Below are positions 18,979 to 22,584 of a DNA stretch of 22,584 nucleotides, one piece after another. The position numbers and the translations under genes were made by a program. The notes beneath the pieces are model-generated. The model made no database searches and had not been told where the DNA came from. It saw only the letters and a list, made by a program, of their open reading frames with translations. The stretch's first letter is position 1. The number at the start of each line of letters is the position of its first letter. This stretch comes from a virus (taxonomy: Duplodnaviria > Heunggongvirae > Uroviricota > Caudoviricetes): IMG/VR virus record IMGVR_UViG_2740892449_000008, positions 1 through 22,584 of that record, one strand, 5' to 3'.

Positions 18979-19243
18979 ATGAGCCAAAAGCCTCTGAACA
19001 ACGCTTGCTGAGTTGCTCAACCTGCGCGTTTAAATCAGCAAAAGACTTTGCGCTTCCGGTCAGAATATCGTGATGCATCAGGCCGGAAACGAGCTGGCTT
19101 AATTTCGGGTAATAACCAACCACCGCCAGCCATTCCTGACCGGCGTTTTTACCGCTTTCCGCTCTCTTTTTCTCGTGGAGAATAAACTGAAAGCTGTCAC
19201 TGGTAACGACATAACGTTCGCCAATTTCAATACGAATACTCAT
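18968..19243 (-). CDS. Hypothetical early protein (P2 orf83 position)
   Basis: 91-aa ORF immediately upstream of A in the early operon; no motif recognised. Confidence 0.45.
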   Translation of the reverse strand: MSIRIEIGERYVVTSDSFQFILHEKKRAESGKNAGQEWLAVVGYYPKLSQLVSGLMHHDILTGSAKSFADLNAQVEQLSKRCSEAFGSYGR

Positions 19244-19464
19244 GCCGTTCTCCGGTAATGTTTGTTTTTTGCTTCAAAGACTGACTGACAGGAAACACAA
19301 CGCGTGGCTGACGGGTAAGCCGCACGACGGGCAGCAGGTATTGGCGCGTCACACTCTTCGCAAAGCAGCGCAGAAGCACCGCAATGTTTTACCCTTGCCG
19401 CGTTAATCTGGCGCTCCAGTAATTCAGCCTGTTGTTCCTGAATAAAATCTACGTTGTCCGGCAT
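19240..19464 (-). CDS. TraR/DksA-family C4 zinc-finger protein (P2 orf82 position)
   Basis: 74 aa with C-x2-C-x17-C-x2-C (CEEC...CVSC), typical of the DksA/TraR zinc-finger family encoded in P2-like early operons. Confidence 0.7.
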   Translation of the reverse strand: MPDNVDFIQEQQAELLERQINAARVKHCGASALLCEECDAPIPAARRAAYPSATRCVSCQSVFEAKNKHYRRTA

Positions 19465-19769
19465 TACCAGTTCCTTTTGTCGTTCAGTTTTTTAAATTCA
19501 TCAGCGCAATAGCTGGCGATTTCTGTCGTTAATTTCGTCAGTTCATCCACGGAGGAAATTTGCTTGTGAAATACAGCGCGTTTAACAAGTAAATTGACCA
19601 CATCAGACAGGAGGTTTAATTCATTCTGATAAATCGCGATAACAGATTCAGTGATGTCGCGTTTTTCTTTATCAAGACAAAGTTGAATAAGAGACAAATC
19701 GCCATTTTTCATAACGGCGATTTTTAAGGCGTTATTCAGTAATACAACTGAATGAGAACAGGACATCAA
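19464..19769 (-). CDS. Hypothetical early protein (P2 orf81 position)
   Basis: 101-aa ORF, start/stop coupled with neighbours (ATGA overlaps), relatively AT-rich; no motif recognised. Confidence 0.45.
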   Translation of the reverse strand: MMSCSHSVVLLNNALKIAVMKNGDLSLIQLCLDKEKRDITESVIAIYQNELNLLSDVVNLLVKRAVFHKQISSVDELTKLTTEIASYCADEFKKLNDKRNW

Positions 19770-19990
19770 AGTACCTCCCCGCGAGACAATCCGATATTGT
19801 GAAATTTTTCCGACTCCTGACTGAGCAGCTCGACTATCTCCACGCGGGATAACTCCGCCTTTGTGATATGGCGAATCATGGCGTCAAGATGAGAAGAAAA
19901 GCGCGTCGCAGCGTCGGCCTGTGCTTCGGTTCTGGCCTGTTGCAGCAGTAATGCGTATTTACCGCACTGATTTTCAGAAACTGTATGCAT
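19766..19990 (-). CDS. Hypothetical early protein (P2 orf80 position)
   Basis: 74-aa ORF between B and the orf81-like gene, same strand and operon. Confidence 0.45.
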   Translation of the reverse strand: MHTVSENQCGKYALLLQQARTEAQADAATRFSSHLDAMIRHITKAELSRVEIVELLSQESEKFHNIGLSRGEVL

Positions 19991-20053
19991 GACTTTCTCC
20001 AGGCAAAAAGAAGCCCCGCACGATTAAGTGCGTTAAAAACTCTGGTTAATTAC

Positions 20054-20554
20054 TTAATGCAGATATTGCTCTGGTTTTACCGACGTCAGAATTGTCGGTG
20101 CATACTCAAACAGACTGAATAATTCACGTAATGCACGGAATAAAGCATCACGCCAGTAACATGATTCCTCATTAATTCGCCAGTATGGCTGGTTAAATTC
20201 TTTTTCAGTCAATCCGGCATGCATAAATAAAGTGCGACGCTGACTGACTGTTAAAAAACTAATATATGCATACTCACTTGCGCCAACCTGACGGCGTTTT
20301 GAGAATGCCCCACGCAATTCATCAATTGCACAAACCAGCCGTTCACGTTCGACGTCGTTCATTTCTTCAAAACGCATCGTTGCGTGACGTTGTTTTAACT
20401 GCGCATGAAAGCAAACTGTTAGCCGTTCGCGCTCCATCATCTGATTATAATAATCACATGTATCCTGCCAGCGAGGGACGGCAAGATGCTTACCAATTAT
20501 CCGGCGCATAGCTGCTGGCTGTTTTTCGACGAGATTGAGCGTCATCGCTGTCAT
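20054..20554 (-). CDS. B: Replication protein B (helicase-loader-like)
   Basis: From the internal ATG: MTAMTLNLVEKQPAAMRRIIGKHLAVPRWQDTCDYYNQMMERERL..., 166 aa, matching recalled P2 gpB in length and position. Confidence 0.75.
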   Translation of the reverse strand: MTAMTLNLVEKQPAAMRRIIGKHLAVPRWQDTCDYYNQMMERERLTVCFHAQLKQRHATMRFEEMNDVERERLVCAIDELRGAFSKRRQVGASEYAYISFLTVSQRRTLFMHAGLTEKEFNQPYWRINEESCYWRDALFRALRELFSLFEYAPTILTSVKPEQYLH

Positions 20555-20787
20555 TTCCATACCCTCCGGCTTTTCAGAAAGGTCAGAGCCTTTTTTAACG
20601 GACTCTGTTTTTTGGTGCGGATAATGATTCCCTTGCGTCCCTTCCCGTGGGTGATGGTGAAGTCAATCGCCCTGGGGCTTTCGTTACGCAATAACTGAGC
20701 AATACAACGAGGCTCGTTCATCCTTTCCTCCTTAAGCCGCACGGCCATGTCTTGATTTGCTGTAACTAATGCGATTTTTCCAGTCAT
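20551..20787 (-). CDS. Hypothetical small protein (P2 orf78 position)
   Basis: 78 aa from the internal ATG (MTGKIALVTANQDMAVRLKEERMNEPRCIAQLL...); stop overlaps the B start. Its 5' end overlaps the 3' end of the Cox ORF by about 56 nt in another frame. Confidence 0.45.
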   Translation of the reverse strand: MTGKIALVTANQDMAVRLKEERMNEPRCIAQLLRNESPRAIDFTITHGKGRKGIIIRTKKQSPLKKALTFLKSRRVWK

Positions 20788-21103
20788 GCCATTCTGTCGG
20801 AGCTTCATCAACCAGTTGGGCTGCGTACTTGTCCCACTCACGGCGATTAATCCATAATTCAGCTTTCCCTCTTGGTTTTAATGGGTCTGTCATGTAGAAG
20901 GCTGGCAGCTTTCCTGCTTTAGCCATTTCAGCCACCGCGCGTGGTGTCTTACCGATGTAAAGAGCAAAACCTTCTTTCGACAGCAAATCAGATGGGCGCT
21001 CTGAAATCTGAATGCTTTTACGTTTGGCTTCATTTTCGAAACTTGCCTCATCGCTAGTTGGACAAGAAATTTCTACATTTGTCGTCACTTTGCTATCCTC
21101 CAT
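20732..21103 (-). CDS. cox: Cox-like excisionase / lysogenic-promoter repressor
   Basis: Contains GKLPAFYMTDPLKPRGKAELWINRREWDKYAAQL, resembling the recalled P2 Cox core (KGKLPVIYMTDP). Divergent from C. The ORF from ATG 21103 is 123 aa, longer than P2 Cox (91 aa). Confidence 0.7.
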   Translation of the reverse strand: MEDSKVTTNVEISCPTSDEASFENEAKRKSIQISERPSDLLSKEGFALYIGKTPRAVAEMAKAGKLPAFYMTDPLKPRGKAELWINRREWDKYAAQLVDEAPTEWHDWKNRISYSKSRHGRAA

Positions 21104-21196
21104 AAGATTTGCGATTCACCAACTGGAGCCATCTAGAGCCTTTTTGAGTGAATCACAAATTGCCAAGTAGCAATATAATTGGAGATTAGCAAAATT
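21104..21196. promoter_or_regulatory. Divergent cox/C switch region with imperfect inverted repeat and candidate -10 hexamer
   Basis: GATTCAC (21113-21119) and GTGAATC (21148-21154) form a 9/10 inverted repeat. TATAAT at 21174-21179 precedes C, but the nearest -35-like TTGCCA (21160-21165) is only 8 bp away, so promoter geometry is unresolved. Confidence 0.45.
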
Positions 21197-21496
21197 ATGT
21201 CAAGTGAACAAAGTGAGAAACTAAAGCTCATCCGTGAATCCGAACGCCTTAAAACTAAGGAACTTGCTGAATTAATTGGAATTAATTACTACACATATCA
21301 TGGATATGAATCAGGAAAATCAAAAATGCCTATGGAAGCAGGTATGAAGCTGTTTAAGCATCCACGCTTTCGCAAGTATCGTGACTGGTTCATGTTTGAT
21401 GAAACAGATCCAGCAGCTGGACAAATAGCCCCGGCTCTCGCACACATTGGGCAAGACTCAACAACCTTGCACCACTCAGACCAGAAGACTGGCTGA
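21197..21496 (+). CDS. C: Immunity repressor C
   Basis: 99 aa from the ATG at 21197 (MSSEQSEKLKLIRESERLKTKELAELIGINYYTYHGYESGKS...); C-terminus GQIAPALAHIGQDSTTLHHSDQKTG matches recalled P2 C. GGAG lies 12 nt upstream. Confidence 0.85.
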   Translation: MSSEQSEKLKLIRESERLKTKELAELIGINYYTYHGYESGKSKMPMEAGMKLFKHPRFRKYRDWFMFDETDPAAGQIAPALAHIGQDSTTLHHSDQKTG

Positions 21497-21589
21497 CGAT
21501 TTATTCAGCATATGTGTGTAGTAAATGTACGAAAGAAAATTGCATTAATTTTCAAGTAGTAGAAGTAAACAGCGTCATCGGAGGGCTTT

Positions 21590-22584
21590 ATGTCTATTAA
21601 AAAGCTCGATGATGGTCGTTATGAAGTGGACGTCAGACCGCAGGGTGCAGATGGAAAACGTATCAGGCGGAAATTTAAAACTAAAGGTGAAGCTCAGGCA
21701 TTCGAACGTCATGTACTGGTTAACTACCACAACAAAGAGTGGTTGGAGAAACCAGCCGACCGCCGAACTCTTACAGAGTTGTTAGGTAGATGGTGGATAT
21801 ATCACGGAAAATCACATGAGCGTGGAGATATTGAACGGGGCGTTTAACGACAATAATCGCCAAATTTGCAGAAATGGGAGTGTCCAGAGCTGACCAGCTA
21901 ACAAAGAAAACGATAACTGATTATCGCGTTGTAATGATGAACGATGGTCTAAAACCAGCCAGCGTAAATCGACATCTGGCAATAATGAGCGGGATGTTCA
22001 CCAAGTTAATTGACGCCGGTGAATACCACTCCCACAACCCGTTCCGTGAGATTAAACGGTTACGTGAAGCTGTTACGGAAATGGCTTTTTTGTCCAGTGA
22101 AGAGATTACGCGGCTGTTATCCATGCTTGATGGTGATGAGTTAAATGCAACTCTGGTCTGCCTTTCTACTGGTGGACGCTGGAGTGAAGTGTCTAATTTG
22201 AAAGCTGAACACATCATTAACCAGATGGTTACGTTTATGAAAACTAAAAACGGAAAGCGCAGGACAATTCCCGTTTCGCAGGACCTGATTAAACGGATCA
22301 AGACCAAAAATTCAGGCAGGCTTTTTAATGCCAGTTACTACAAAGTGCGCAACGCTCTCAGGGAAGTAAAACCCGATTTACCTGACGGACAGGCAGTGCA
22401 TGTTTTGAGGCATACATTTGCCACACATTTTATAATGAATGGAGGTAACATAATCACATTGCAGCGCATCCTGGGTCATTCTAACATTCAGCAAACTATG
22501 ACCTACGCACACTTTGCACCGGATTTCTTACAAGATGCTGTGACTCTTAACCCGGTGTCAGGAATGTCCATAATGCGTCCATAA
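21590..22584 (+). pseudogene. int: Tyrosine integrase, -1 frameshift in a G-run near 21835-21838; stop codon is the last 3 bases of the window
   Basis: N-terminal ORF MSIKKLDDGRYEVDVRPQGADGKRIRRKFKTKGEAQAFERHV... resembles recalled P2 Int. The C-terminal ORF has the tyrosine-recombinase catalytic motifs (...HVLRHTFATHFIMNGGNIITLQRILGHSNIQQTMTYAHF...). One extra G in 'acggggcg' joins them. GGAGGG SD before the ATG. Confidence 0.85.

Overview
The window is almost entirely a P2-family (Peduovirus-like) prophage of an enterobacterial host. On the minus strand it runs from the 5' part of tail-fibre gene H through baseplate genes I, J, W, V, tail-completion genes S and R, the lysis cassette (lysC, lysB, lysA, K, Y), and X, L, M, N, O. 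The plus strand carries terminase P and portal Q, followed by an internal cos site. Beyond that lie replication gene A, the early operon, B, the cox/C switch and the integrase, which ends exactly at the window edge, so no attachment site is visible. Two AT-rich cargo insertions sit at the positions where P2 carries accessory genes. Between S and V there is a single 366-aa ORF with a clear RelA/SpoT synthetase-fold signature and no partner gene, which I regard as a candidate fused toxSAS (CapRel-like) anti-phage protein and the most interesting object here. Between cos and A there is a divergent module of a C5-cytosine methyltransferase, a small HTH (C-protein-like) regulator and a putative PD-ExK restriction endonuclease. 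About 11 single-base deletions at homopolymer runs break I, K, M, Q, A, int and both R-M genes; because inserting one base restores P2-like protein sequence, I suspect read errors more than genuine decay. Protein identifications rest on reading the translations and on recalled P2 protein sequences, with no database search run.
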